DNA from: Candidatus Kerfeldbacteria bacterium
Lineage (GTDB): Bacteria > Patescibacteriota > Patescibacteriia > UBA10025 > JAHIVO01
Assembly: GCA_016214565.1 (NCBI GenBank)
Contig: JACROE010000002.1
Span: forward strand, 280,007-344,006
Reading direction: 5' to 3'
Length of the DNA stretch: 64,000 nucleotides
Position 1 is the stretch's first letter; each line of letters opens with the position of its first letter. The notes under the pieces were generated by a model. That model saw only the letters and a list, made by a program, of their open reading frames with translations. It had not been told where the DNA came from and ran no database searches. The position numbers were made by a program, and so were the translations under genes. Positions 11,701 through 19,236 of this stretch are shown here, in pieces.

Positions 11701-14700
11701 CTCTTCTTCAGACTGTACTCACGTAATTGGAATCCAAATTCATTCGAACCCTCCCAGGTATAGTAGGTGCGCTGCTGTGGATCATCGCTCGGTACACACA
11801 TTCGAATATAACTATAGTACTCCTTCCCTTCGCCACCCTGGGCGACGGTTTCGAGATTCGTGTACTCCTCACAGCCGACGGCTGAAGCGGGGCAGGATTG
11901 TCCGCTGTCAGGCACGAATGAAACCGGATCACGCAGAGCGCGATACGGCGGACGCTCAATGGCTAATTCGCGGAAGGCTGAACACCCGACAAATTCCGCG
12001 GGGCACTGATCACACGAGCCAGGAACGTTCGGGTCGCACAGGCCCGGCGATGAGATAACGCCCGTCACGGTTCTGCCATTATTTACCGAGGTGTATGCCT
12101 GGCAACCAAGCTCCAACATGCTACACGAATCCGCCTGTTTCAAAAATGTTTTCGGATTCTGGTCGTATGACTTATAGGCGGTCAAATTGCCTTCTTCAAA
12201 CTGAATATTATCAACGATGATATCGCATTGATCTGTTTGGTCGCGATGAATTGATAAGGCGATGGCATTATATTCATCAGACGCTACCTCGGGTACGGTA
12301 AATGTACCTGAATATCGTGTCCAACCATCCGTTGCCGTCACCGTGCCAAAATTTGCCTCGGTACCGACCCCGCTGCCAAATGGCAAATAATATAACGTTG
12401 CCTTGCCGTTGCTCCCCGTACAATCCGTATCATCCGCAGCAGTCTTTGCATAAAACGATAAACTATAGCTGCGACCCTCCACTCGCTCACCCATGAGTAG
12501 CCCCGCTGGTTGATTTACATTCCAGAGCATCCGACCTCCATCAGTAAAGGTGCCGGTACCCGAAGCCGGGAAGCCTGGGCAATCAGCTGCGTGGGTGGCA
12601 AGCCGAATGGCGGTAAACCCTTCATAGGCATCGGAAACCGCTAGCGTCGACAAGCCGCAATTTGGAGTTCCGCTCAAGTCCTGACCGCTTACCCAACCCT
12701 GAAAATGATCAGCCACGGGACTATCCTTAAGCGCATCATAAATTCCAGCTGCAGTCCGATCGTACGTTTCAAAATCAGTATTCGTCAAAACGTTTGCGCC
12801 ACTGCCTAAACGCGGGATGTACTCAGTACAACCAGCAGCTGATGAATCACACTGTCTAATATCATTATTAAAACTAAGTTTGGCGCCGCTACCAGTAGCC
12901 CCTGGCGGTTTGCCATTACACTCAAAAGTCCGGGTAGTATTATTATAACTGGAACAATACCACTGACAGCCGGCGTTGTCGGCATTGCATCCATTGGTTT
13001 CAACTGTATTGAGCAAATATGAAACAACGGTACCGTCTGATTTCGTTAATGATTGACAGCTGGCAAACTGAGCATCACACTGGGTGCCACTAAATTTCCA
13101 GACTGGCTTGTCCTCCACACAATACCCATACCGAGCGCACGACCCATCGGCATTTTCCTGGAGACACAACTGTTCATCAGCGCAATAATCGCCCTGACGC
13201 TGAACGACAGCAGTGGCCGCGTCTTTAGTATCAATCCGACCATCGCCATTGGTATCTTCATTGCGGATCGGGGTATTGGCGATAATCTGCTCACCCGCAC
13301 CCTGGCGACGACAAAATACTTCGGGAGATTTGAGCACCCAATTCGGATCGACTAATTTATAGAACGGCGATTCGATATCATCATAGTCAGCGATGAGCGT
13401 ATTCAAACTATAGTTTCCTGAGGCAAACTGTTTGCCATACTGAGCAGCCAATTCCCAACCAACTGGAATGATCCGATATTTGCGCAAGATTAATAAGCTG
13501 CGATACGGGTACCCATTATAATATTCTGGCTCCAGCCCATTCGAATCAAAACCAAACGGCTTGCTTCCATCAATCAAGCCCTGCTCCAGAGCCTGCCGCA
13601 GGGTGAGCTCCTGCTCAATGGCAGTGCGGAAACGAGTATCAATCACGCAATTCGTCGGTGTCGGATTATTTGGATCAGGACAGCTCGATAGATTGCCTAA
13701 TATATCAGTGGTACCCGCTACTGAGTAATTGGTATTTTGTAAATCAGCAAACAAAAATTTTGCTGCCGTCACCCCAGGCGATGAGCCGCCCAAGAAACTG
13801 GCGATACCACTCCGGCCGCCGCTCCCGCTCGATGTAGCCGGATCGACACCGAAGATATACCGCTGGATGAGTTTGCTGGCAAGCGTATTGGTAAAGATAC
13901 CGACCGCGTCGGCGATGGCGGTACCCGTATAGGTCAAATACGGATCAATCGATTTACCAAATATGCTCGTGGCGGCATTACTAAGAAGACCAGCAGGCGT
14001 TTTCACCGCGCCGCTTATCTTGCTCTTAACCGGTTTGAATTCTCCGGCTAAACTCTGAGCAAATTTATTAATCTCAACTTCAGCGTCACTCGCAGCCTTA
14101 CCTTTATTCAAAATATCAAGGTAGGCGCCCAACTGAGTCGCCTCAGGATTAAATGTCTTAGAAAATTCTACTAAATACTGTTTATTAGGATTCGTCTTAC
14201 CTAGTAACCCCTCATAATTATCAATCGCAGTTCGGTATTCGTCATACTTATCGATAATGTCAGTCAGCGGACATCGGCCACTAATGCTCGCACCACCCTG
14301 ATCGGTTAACGCTTTTCGAGCCAAAACATTGAGCTTAATCTGAATCGAACGATCATTAGGACCGCCTGGGCCAGGCAGGTCACATAAACTAAAATTACTA
14401 GCACACTCTGGTGCGCCATATTCAAAATGATAATCATTCGATAAATCGCTGTCCACGATAGCGTCCACCTCAGGACAATCTTCGGTACTACAGGTAATTA
14501 AGCGACAACCAGCGGCAATACATTTATTTTTTTCCTCGATACTGGAGGTACAGCCCGTCACCTCGAGACTATCGGGACACAATAAATATGATTCAGGACA
14601 CGATGAATCCGCTTTACATTTGCTACCAGTGTACCCCGAGCACTCCGTCTTCCCCAGCCAATCTGAGGCAATTGAATCGAGAAAATCACCAGCTGCCGCA

Positions 14701-15056
14701 TCGCCTGCCTGTTTTAATAACTCCTCTGGCTTAGTGACGAAAAGCGGCTTTTGACCTTTTTCGCCTGTGGCGATTTGCACCGCGACATTGTATGCCAAAT
14801 TATTTAAATACGTACGCAATATATTTTTGAACCCGACGTCAGCCGCGGTCTTCAATGTCTTGCTCAAAATTTCATAAATGGTCCGTGGAATATCACCGAC
14901 GGTGATGCTCACATCCCCAATGCCAAACAACGCCCGTGCCTGCATCGGAACGACCAGAATCGGAATAGCTAATTGCAAAACAAAAAACACCATGGCTCCG
15001 GCGAGTATCAATCGCTGTCCTTTGCTCAAATGGTGATTTTGTTTTGTAGACGACAT
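5793..15056 (-). CDS. Giant exported Cys-rich surface protein (3087 aa) with CBM-like beta-sandwich domains, a dockerin-like duplicated Ca-binding motif and a C-terminal PKD-like domain
   Basis: N-terminal hydrophobic segment ending QARA; many short Cys-rich repeats; four NxxFE-type domain starts; GDVNYDG...GDVNIDG pair; VTHEYTTGGAYPIRIRV near the C-terminus. Confidence 0.8.
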   Translation of the reverse strand: MSSTKQNHHLSKGQRLILAGAMVFFVLQLAIPILVVPMQARALFGIGDVSITVGDIPRTIYEILSKTLKTAADVGFKNILRTYLNNLAYNVAVQIATGEKGQKPLFVTKPEELLKQAGDAAAGDFLDSIASDWLGKTECSGYTGSKCKADSSCPESYLLCPDSLEVTGCTSSIEEKNKCIAAGCRLITCSTEDCPEVDAIVDSDLSNDYHFEYGAPECASNFSLCDLPGPGGPNDRSIQIKLNVLARKALTDQGGASISGRCPLTDIIDKYDEYRTAIDNYEGLLGKTNPNKQYLVEFSKTFNPEATQLGAYLDILNKGKAASDAEVEINKFAQSLAGEFKPVKSKISGAVKTPAGLLSNAATSIFGKSIDPYLTYTGTAIADAVGIFTNTLASKLIQRYIFGVDPATSSGSGGRSGIASFLGGSSPGVTAAKFLFADLQNTNYSVAGTTDILGNLSSCPDPNNPTPTNCVIDTRFRTAIEQELTLRQALEQGLIDGSKPFGFDSNGLEPEYYNGYPYRSLLILRKYRIIPVGWELAAQYGKQFASGNYSLNTLIADYDDIESPFYKLVDPNWVLKSPEVFCRRQGAGEQIIANTPIRNEDTNGDGRIDTKDAATAVVQRQGDYCADEQLCLQENADGSCARYGYCVEDKPVWKFSGTQCDAQFASCQSLTKSDGTVVSYLLNTVETNGCNADNAGCQWYCSSYNNTTRTFECNGKPPGATGSGAKLSFNNDIRQCDSSAAGCTEYIPRLGSGANVLTNTDFETYDRTAAGIYDALKDSPVADHFQGWVSGQDLSGTPNCGLSTLAVSDAYEGFTAIRLATHAADCPGFPASGTGTFTDGGRMLWNVNQPAGLLMGERVEGRSYSLSFYAKTAADDTDCTGSNGKATLYYLPFGSGVGTEANFGTVTATDGWTRYSGTFTVPEVASDEYNAIALSIHRDQTDQCDIIVDNIQFEEGNLTAYKSYDQNPKTFLKQADSCSMLELGCQAYTSVNNGRTVTGVISSPGLCDPNVPGSCDQCPAEFVGCSAFRELAIERPPYRALRDPVSFVPDSGQSCPASAVGCEEYTNLETVAQGGEGKEYYSYIRMCVPSDDPQQRTYYTWEGSNEFGFQLREYSLKKSNQNDGPCTNMGAEGDPIIQAQLGSTWPTCIDGGSVDRDGNGTDEEFYNPATCSPDQVGVNPDCTEYYDTAGVTYYLLRSRVIFASEDCKNFRNSNDGPNMVYHMVPGQGISCQAAYAGCRAYKGNAGDNSRDLYVKDFEDGSIGAWTGNASISTEATSAGGHSMLVSNSAAINNAGDTLGFAAGNQYTITFWARSAIAGTTNVSFALNTTPSLSFTGQASAGELWNRFTVGPVFVPVGADPANAQLVLFSNNAFYIDNIVISEVVENIYKVKGSYKECSGYEGCDEYSDRDGNQHFLKSFSRLCGEDKVGCTAMIATQQSTSPYSSTFTRERYLRGDVNYDGRLSADDVTLMNEHFSGADNYFLNVSPAVGDVNIDGAINIADAVALLNHINNGTSPAEPYYFEEGTTPEDETVYIVDDPEKVCGANQAGCTQLGKPGLDGDGNVTAFTDTYLVVDPDRFGQEMCVFAENQCDAFTSANGSQYYFKDPGQKLCEFKRVSGQDISGWYKLGTDQGAPNCPVSIGICSGGGANDGKICNASSDCDSNFCNRNQNIVPQPVDGWVGACSSGASGCTEYRDPEQVQTGGEIVSRNYSENGGFETFTTTANASIATDGVIDTALPDVFTPWASSQTSAGRCTGDANRTCNTNVNCSAHGAGVCDTSQRVACGLRMHADSQSNTGNVAARVKTYDACGKSVNSSITYHCAINSATTCTSDADCGASDYCLGDQARYIWYGVNTDSITDNRAFKVSFQARLDPNDATCDPSNSGNTDIGFGLVRTIDNRAWPNGRTDYRPYSNFNATNSWTTFENVVTFGSVDPDDWYNTSGSVEELQNNFSMVIRRSVPAGSFSPSPNTCDILIDSFSIVEVADVFDYVPYYYIDETVDQASCNGLVDREEGCRLFNDTSNSELPYVSTLSVDGETPALCADPNECDSNAVIKVIRDRECKRWLECETSVRQEDAEGNVEELCLSRYVCEELDPETGQCTKVGEFESVNQTYDSPAFVSKIQNYTGLVMAGLDWDRRCTNNPSITCTSDAQCGSGTCDDPQIYEGSLPVAAMEEVGSISINGEIIEDGDFGDRDYALNQKLSCPLSASSDTCVETPGLFNATEIALVNLDTAWQPRNLQGGTAVVTWAEEDINNGTIPSTSGNLDENNVARVKTSGNVGAGTANWNGIYYDLHKSAQRSEEYYVSFRLRWGVPASAYDTVRVQFAYVNANGNELDYKTVGDFAPTVNWKEYVYGPIRIGDTNSGAPVDFDSIRLEIVHNFQSGDTVPSVEFYLDDVSMKPVLQTKESDQGLLSRDCRLFPGVDSPYCTYTDENNTTHKGWEGYCLEHDPRYPKYCLNWWPVDLLKGDSSAFSSLKITGYSGRRPLYMCLGAEGNYSTPKDIRGANQTTFSGATVNSDSAGTTRGNCGISFPISPLLNLSYRYRGPMSTIIVNQSGTGECDEAGNMAGTVPASNCQFKTGVCGACDAGDGGTCNAINSTYNAAVGDQYYKWEVRDINFVMQRWAHTDWDCNTTATDEGRSIFILNARNNWDATWSCSGNSIRVRVNWAANNRLQSYTVTMTDGNNGGGAWVQGIFRLNEMCTSIASVVTWDDDKAWFERTNTNSPYLLPDLLYRYHQHTTPYGGIIQPSPAISTPSAWRWDNGVGSGPIYIENKSDDTLAHGGSSYSCPSGGCAGRMCSWNLDNDCSTQSLQRACLEGPDPDDSSDDGYCLGLGEGFCSNNAEIYCRVNSDCLSGVNDFGPCLLGGGGASPITTIPQGNDRLRRLFARPFLAWRWDNATAGYVEDTTNLVGATNLPATWIGQYANMSVCPYSAPKGAAERPLYPNDYCGVPPVIDTVLCGAGGQPSTSGCQNVSVGQLVQLTFNVNADPNQKPVKLIEVDFDNDGNADYSSVGTYDSGTVFVTHEYTTGGAYPIRIRVIDNWDWCGVLKGTGSSCPSGDCRYQVDGSPCANQGWFATGVTANVNP

Positions 15057-15085
15057 GTATGGGGAACGAAACGTGAGCTAAGTGC

Positions 15086-15949
15086 TTACTGTGAATTCGT
15101 ATTAGTACCCTGGGTGTTTTGCTCTAAACTTTCCTGAAAAATACTCAACAGCGTGGCATCGTCAACTTCTGCAAGCGTTTCCTCGGGCACTCCGCTCTCG
15201 ATCAAAAATTGTCTAATCTCTTCAACGGATAAATTCTGCAATGTCTCAAGAGTGATAGTGCCGCCAGTATTGTTTCCAGTTGCAGCATTGTTTGTATTTG
15301 TATCGCCACGTTCATTGAGCAATTGCTGATAGGTCTCAAGCAATTCGTCGTCGGGGATTTGACCTAATAATTCTTCAGATGCGCCAGCGTCGCGCAGAAT
15401 CTTCCGCAGTTCATCCGAGGTGAGATTCTCTGGATCAACCACACCGGCGGCAGAATTTGTATTGTCGTCCGGCTTTATATCACCAAAAATACCGTTAACC
15501 ACCGTGTTTACATTGCCCGCCACAGTCCGAGCGCAATTTTCACCAGATGGGCAATTTGGATCGGTTCCCTGATCAATTTCCTGCTTATCAGTCAATCCAT
15601 CGCTATCACTATCGGCGATGTAGGCGCTAGTTTTGTACCCATAGAACTCATTGTAGTCGGACAGCCCATCACCGTCGGTATCCTTAGTGCGGAGACCCTC
15701 GATACCCGTTAACTGGGTATTGGTGCTTTGGTCTCCCGTCGCCACTGAGCTATTCGCATTAACCTTAGGCCGGAATGGATCGCGCAATGCATCAGCGATA
15801 TACCAACTACCGAAGCCAAGCGCTAGAAAACTTAAAATAACGAGACTGATAAAAGCCCGCTTCTGGATGCGCTGTTCTTGCGCTGATTGCCCCACATACT
15901 CATCGGAAAATAGTTTACGGAGAACATTTTGCTTTTCATTTTTCTCCAT
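15086..15949 (-). CDS. Membrane-anchored protein with thrombospondin type-3-like Ca-binding repeats
   Basis: One TM helix (AFISLVILSFLALGFGSWYI), DTDGDGLSDYNE and DSDSDGLTDKQE, and two repeated helical units. ATG at 15949 has GGAG upstream. Confidence 0.75.
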   Translation of the reverse strand: MEKNEKQNVLRKLFSDEYVGQSAQEQRIQKRAFISLVILSFLALGFGSWYIADALRDPFRPKVNANSSVATGDQSTNTQLTGIEGLRTKDTDGDGLSDYNEFYGYKTSAYIADSDSDGLTDKQEIDQGTDPNCPSGENCARTVAGNVNTVVNGIFGDIKPDDNTNSAAGVVDPENLTSDELRKILRDAGASEELLGQIPDDELLETYQQLLNERGDTNTNNAATGNNTGGTITLETLQNLSVEEIRQFLIESGVPEETLAEVDDATLLSIFQESLEQNTQGTNTNSQ

Positions 15950-15975
15950 CAGCAAATCTCCATTTATGTGTGCCC

Positions 15976-16004
15976 ATTATATCACAATCTGGCCGTAATG
16001 TCAA
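15976..16004 (-). promoter_or_regulatory. Perfect consensus sigma70 promoter for the surface locus
   Basis: Minus strand TTGACA-17 nt-TATAAT with TGn extension. Confidence 0.8.
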
Positions 16005-16011
16005 ACAACGA

Positions 16012-16875
16012 CTACTGTTTTTTCATAAAGGCGTGCACCACCCTAATCCAGTCCCTGATGGTTAATGTTTGAGGTCGCGATTCTGGGCTAATCTTAGCCG
16101 ACAATAAGGTTTTTTGAACTTCCTGATTTGATAATTTCAGACCTGCCGCCAGGGTGTTATGGAGCTGCTTTCGCCGACCCGAGTAGCCGATCTTAACCAA
16201 TCGAAAAAAATCAGCCGCTGAATATGGCTTTAGTGTTTTCAAAAATCCGTGAACATCTGATCCAATCTTGGTGAGATGTAAAATTGCTGAAGTAACCGCC
16301 GGTGCCGGCCAAAAACTGGATGGCGGCACCAGACGGACTATCTCCGAATCAGCATACAATTGCACAGCAACGCTCAAAACGCTCATGGCGCCAGCCGGAG
16401 CAATGACTCGCTCCGCCACCTCCTGCTGGACTAATACGGTCACCGAGGTCGGCCGAGGCTGGGTCTCAAGAAATTCACGGAGTACCCGGGAAGTAATATT
16501 GTAAGGAAGATTTGAAACTAGCTGATAGGTGCCATCCTGAATAAGCAACGGGAGCGCACGCCGTACCTGAAAAATATCACCGGTTACCAGGTGAAGCGGC
16601 GGGTACACGCTGGTCAATTTGTGAAGCGCGGGTATCAGGCGCCGATCTTGCTCTACGGCAACCACGGTAGCCCCGGCCTCGAGCAAGGCTATGGTTAAAC
16701 TGCCAAACCCCGGACCAATTTCTAATACCCGAGCACCCGGTACAATGCCAGCGGCACGAACCATATCCGTTATAACTGTTTCATCAATTACAAAATTCTG
16801 ACCCTGGCTGCGATCAGGCTTCATACCATACTGCCGAGCTAATGTTTGAATTTCATTTTTTCCCAAATGTTTCAT
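16012..16875 (-). CDS. rsmA: 16S rRNA dimethyladenosine transferase
   Basis: GQNFVID, VLEIGPGFGSLT, VSNLPYNITS, FWPAPAVTSA. Confidence 0.95.
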   Translation of the reverse strand: MKHLGKNEIQTLARQYGMKPDRSQGQNFVIDETVITDMVRAAGIVPGARVLEIGPGFGSLTIALLEAGATVVAVEQDRRLIPALHKLTSVYPPLHLVTGDIFQVRRALPLLIQDGTYQLVSNLPYNITSRVLREFLETQPRPTSVTVLVQQEVAERVIAPAGAMSVLSVAVQLYADSEIVRLVPPSSFWPAPAVTSAILHLTKIGSDVHGFLKTLKPYSAADFFRLVKIGYSGRRKQLHNTLAAGLKLSNQEVQKTLLSAKISPESRPQTLTIRDWIRVVHAFMKKQ

Positions 16876-16881
16876 CGATTT

Positions 16882-18084
16882 CTAAAGCGCCCGAATAAAA
16901 GGAAAGGGGCGCGGTTCATCTTTTTTAAAGAAATATAACAAGCTAAAGAACGCGGCAGTCATAAAGATGATATTCCATGGATCAGATAAATACGTGGCAC
17001 TATAGAAACCAATCAGCCCGGCAACAATTTTCCCCAATGCTAAGGACATTTCAAAAAAAATGGCGTAGGAAAGCGGCCCGACACGACGCGCTTTTTCTAG
17101 GCGTATTGACTCCATCGGAATGTACACCATTTCTTTTGCCAATCGAGCGCTGCCATGGAGCGCCAGGGCGGCCGGCACGCTCCGTATTAATCCGCGAACT
17201 AGCCAGGTGACGACATAGAGCAGAGTGCCTGCACGTAAAATATTTAATCGCGGATATTTATCTGTCAAATGACCAAACCAGAGCACCAACAGAGCCGTTG
17301 CCAGCGTTGCCGATGAAACAACCCACCCGACAGTTAAATAATTGCCGATCACAACATACAAAAAAACCGGCCAAGCCACCAACGCAATTAACTCCTCACC
17401 AAAACCAAAGAAGGCAAAGAAGCTGCGTCGGTGTTCCCGGGAAAATAACTGCAACACTGTTTCACGATACGAAAGTTGAACTCGCGCGTGAATTTCTTTG
17501 ATATGGAGCAGTGGCAGCGCCGAAAGCAGAATTAAACCAGTAACGACAATAAAAAGAACACTAAAATTAAACCATCCCAAAATCAATCCACCTGCCATGG
17601 GGCCAATAATCATCATGACCATACTAACCATCTCAATATACCCGACCTCTCGCCCGCGCTGTCCGGCTCGAGAAAAAATAGTTAAATCAGCATGATAGGC
17701 TGGCCAATACAAGGCTTTTTGTATAGCAAAAATCACCGGGGCCACATAATAGAGCGCACTTACCTCGGATATCCCAAATAAAGTTAAATAGGCGGCAATG
17801 AGAAAAAAATGACTGTAAAATATTGAATGCTCATACCCCAGACGCCCAACCCATGATCCAATAACCGGCAAAAGCACCAGGTACACCCCATATAAAATAA
17901 CATAAAAAAATAGTATCTCTGCTAATGTATACCCAATACTGAATAAAAAAATCGGCTCAAACAGCGAGATCGCGGCGATGCCAAAATCCATCAGCGAGAC
18001 AGCCCAATACAACCCATGTAAACCCCGCGATGGATCTTTTGAAAAATAGTGGGGGGAATGTGAGCGAAAGCGATTGAAAAGCAT
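16882..18084 (-). CDS. MFS-type transporter
   Basis: 400 aa, about 12 hydrophobic helices, GHLTDKYPR loop resembling MFS motif A. Confidence 0.75.
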   Translation of the reverse strand: MLFNRFRSHSPHYFSKDPSRGLHGLYWAVSLMDFGIAAISLFEPIFLFSIGYTLAEILFFYVILYGVYLVLLPVIGSWVGRLGYEHSIFYSHFFLIAAYLTLFGISEVSALYYVAPVIFAIQKALYWPAYHADLTIFSRAGQRGREVGYIEMVSMVMMIIGPMAGGLILGWFNFSVLFIVVTGLILLSALPLLHIKEIHARVQLSYRETVLQLFSREHRRSFFAFFGFGEELIALVAWPVFLYVVIGNYLTVGWVVSSATLATALLVLWFGHLTDKYPRLNILRAGTLLYVVTWLVRGLIRSVPAALALHGSARLAKEMVYIPMESIRLEKARRVGPLSYAIFFEMSLALGKIVAGLIGFYSATYLSDPWNIIFMTAAFFSLLYFFKKDEPRPFPFIRAL

Positions 18085-18087
18085 ACG

Positions 18088-18723
18088 CTATGCCGCTTTG
18101 GCAGGCTGCGCGCCGCGCACTTTCACCGGACCCTGACGAATAATAGTTATCTTCCCATTCTCCAGCCGCACCACGGTAGAAACGGGAACCTCGGGCAAAT
18201 CGCCCGCGTCAAGAATGAGATCAGGCTGCGCATCATTTGCCTGAAACATGCGCAAGACGCATTCAGCAGAATAGCAATTCCCTTTCCCGCTCAAATTGGC
18301 GCTCGTTGATGTGATCGGCGAACCCGCTGCTTTGACCAACATTTGAGCTGCTTGCAAATCAGGTATGCGGACACCAACCGTGGGTAACCCCAGAGTAAGG
18401 AACGGCGGCACGCTCTCCACTTTGTCAAAAATAATTGTCACCGCGCCCGGCCAATACGCATCCATAATTTTTTTCTCAGCAGCAGAAACGCGAGCAATTT
18501 TTTTCAGCATGGTGACCGAATCGACAATCACCGGCAATGGTTTTTGCACCCGTTGCTTGATAATAAATAATTTACCGATCGCGTTTTCATTCAGCGCATC
18601 GGCTGCCAAACCATAAGCAGTGTCGGTAGGATAGGCGACCACGCCGCCTTGCTTCAACACGGCTGCCGCTTGCTCAATAATATTTTTTTCAGGATTGGAG
18701 AGATTGAGACGTACGATATCCAT
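18088..18723 (-). CDS. tsaC: L-threonylcarbamoyladenylate synthase (YrdC/Sua5 family)
   Basis: VAYPTDTAYGL, KQR...KPL, WPGAVT, TSTSANLSG. Confidence 0.95.
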   Translation of the reverse strand: MDIVRLNLSNPEKNIIEQAAAVLKQGGVVAYPTDTAYGLAADALNENAIGKLFIIKQRVQKPLPVIVDSVTMLKKIARVSAAEKKIMDAYWPGAVTIIFDKVESVPPFLTLGLPTVGVRIPDLQAAQMLVKAAGSPITSTSANLSGKGNCYSAECVLRMFQANDAQPDLILDAGDLPEVPVSTVVRLENGKITIIRQGPVKVRGAQPAKAA

Positions 18724-19199
18724 TATGAATGTGATAAATAATCTTTCACGGTCTTTGATGTTAGATCAATGGCAGGTGCGCGATTCTCGAGAAGATTCAG
18801 TCCGGCCAATACATGATCAACCACCGCCTGGGTATATGACTGCCTGAGCTCTTCGCTGGGAAATCCGAAATACATATTGCGGTGCGCCAGCTGGTAAATG
18901 CAGTCCTCCAGCATTTCTCCCGGTTCTTCATTCACTGCCAAGGTCAGCGGATGGGCAAACGACGGGGGCGTATTCACCAGATACATGGGAATAACCGCGT
19001 CTGCATGCTCCGCCCAATCATACCCACTGTACTGGGGGATGAGCTCGAGGATGCGAGCCTGCGTCTGCTCGAATATCTTTTCAAAATCAGCACCGATTCG
19101 AATAATGCGTTGCCAGGCATCAGCAAAAGGGTCATCCGAGACCGCTTGGAGCCGGCGAGCATACTCATAATTATACAAAAGTTCAATTTCGGGAAGCAT
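18723..19199 (-). CDS. Hypothetical protein (158 aa)
   Basis: ORF between leuS and tsaC overlapping the tsaC start by 1 nt; degenerate IYQLAH (HExxH-like) segment. Confidence 0.65.
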   Translation of the reverse strand: MLPEIELLYNYEYARRLQAVSDDPFADAWQRIIRIGADFEKIFEQTQARILELIPQYSGYDWAEHADAVIPMYLVNTPPSFAHPLTLAVNEEPGEMLEDCIYQLAHRNMYFGFPSEELRQSYTQAVVDHVLAGLNLLENRAPAIDLTSKTVKDYLSHS

Positions 19200-19236
19200 T
19201 GGTGTTTTTTCAGTATACCTTATTTAGTCAGAAACC

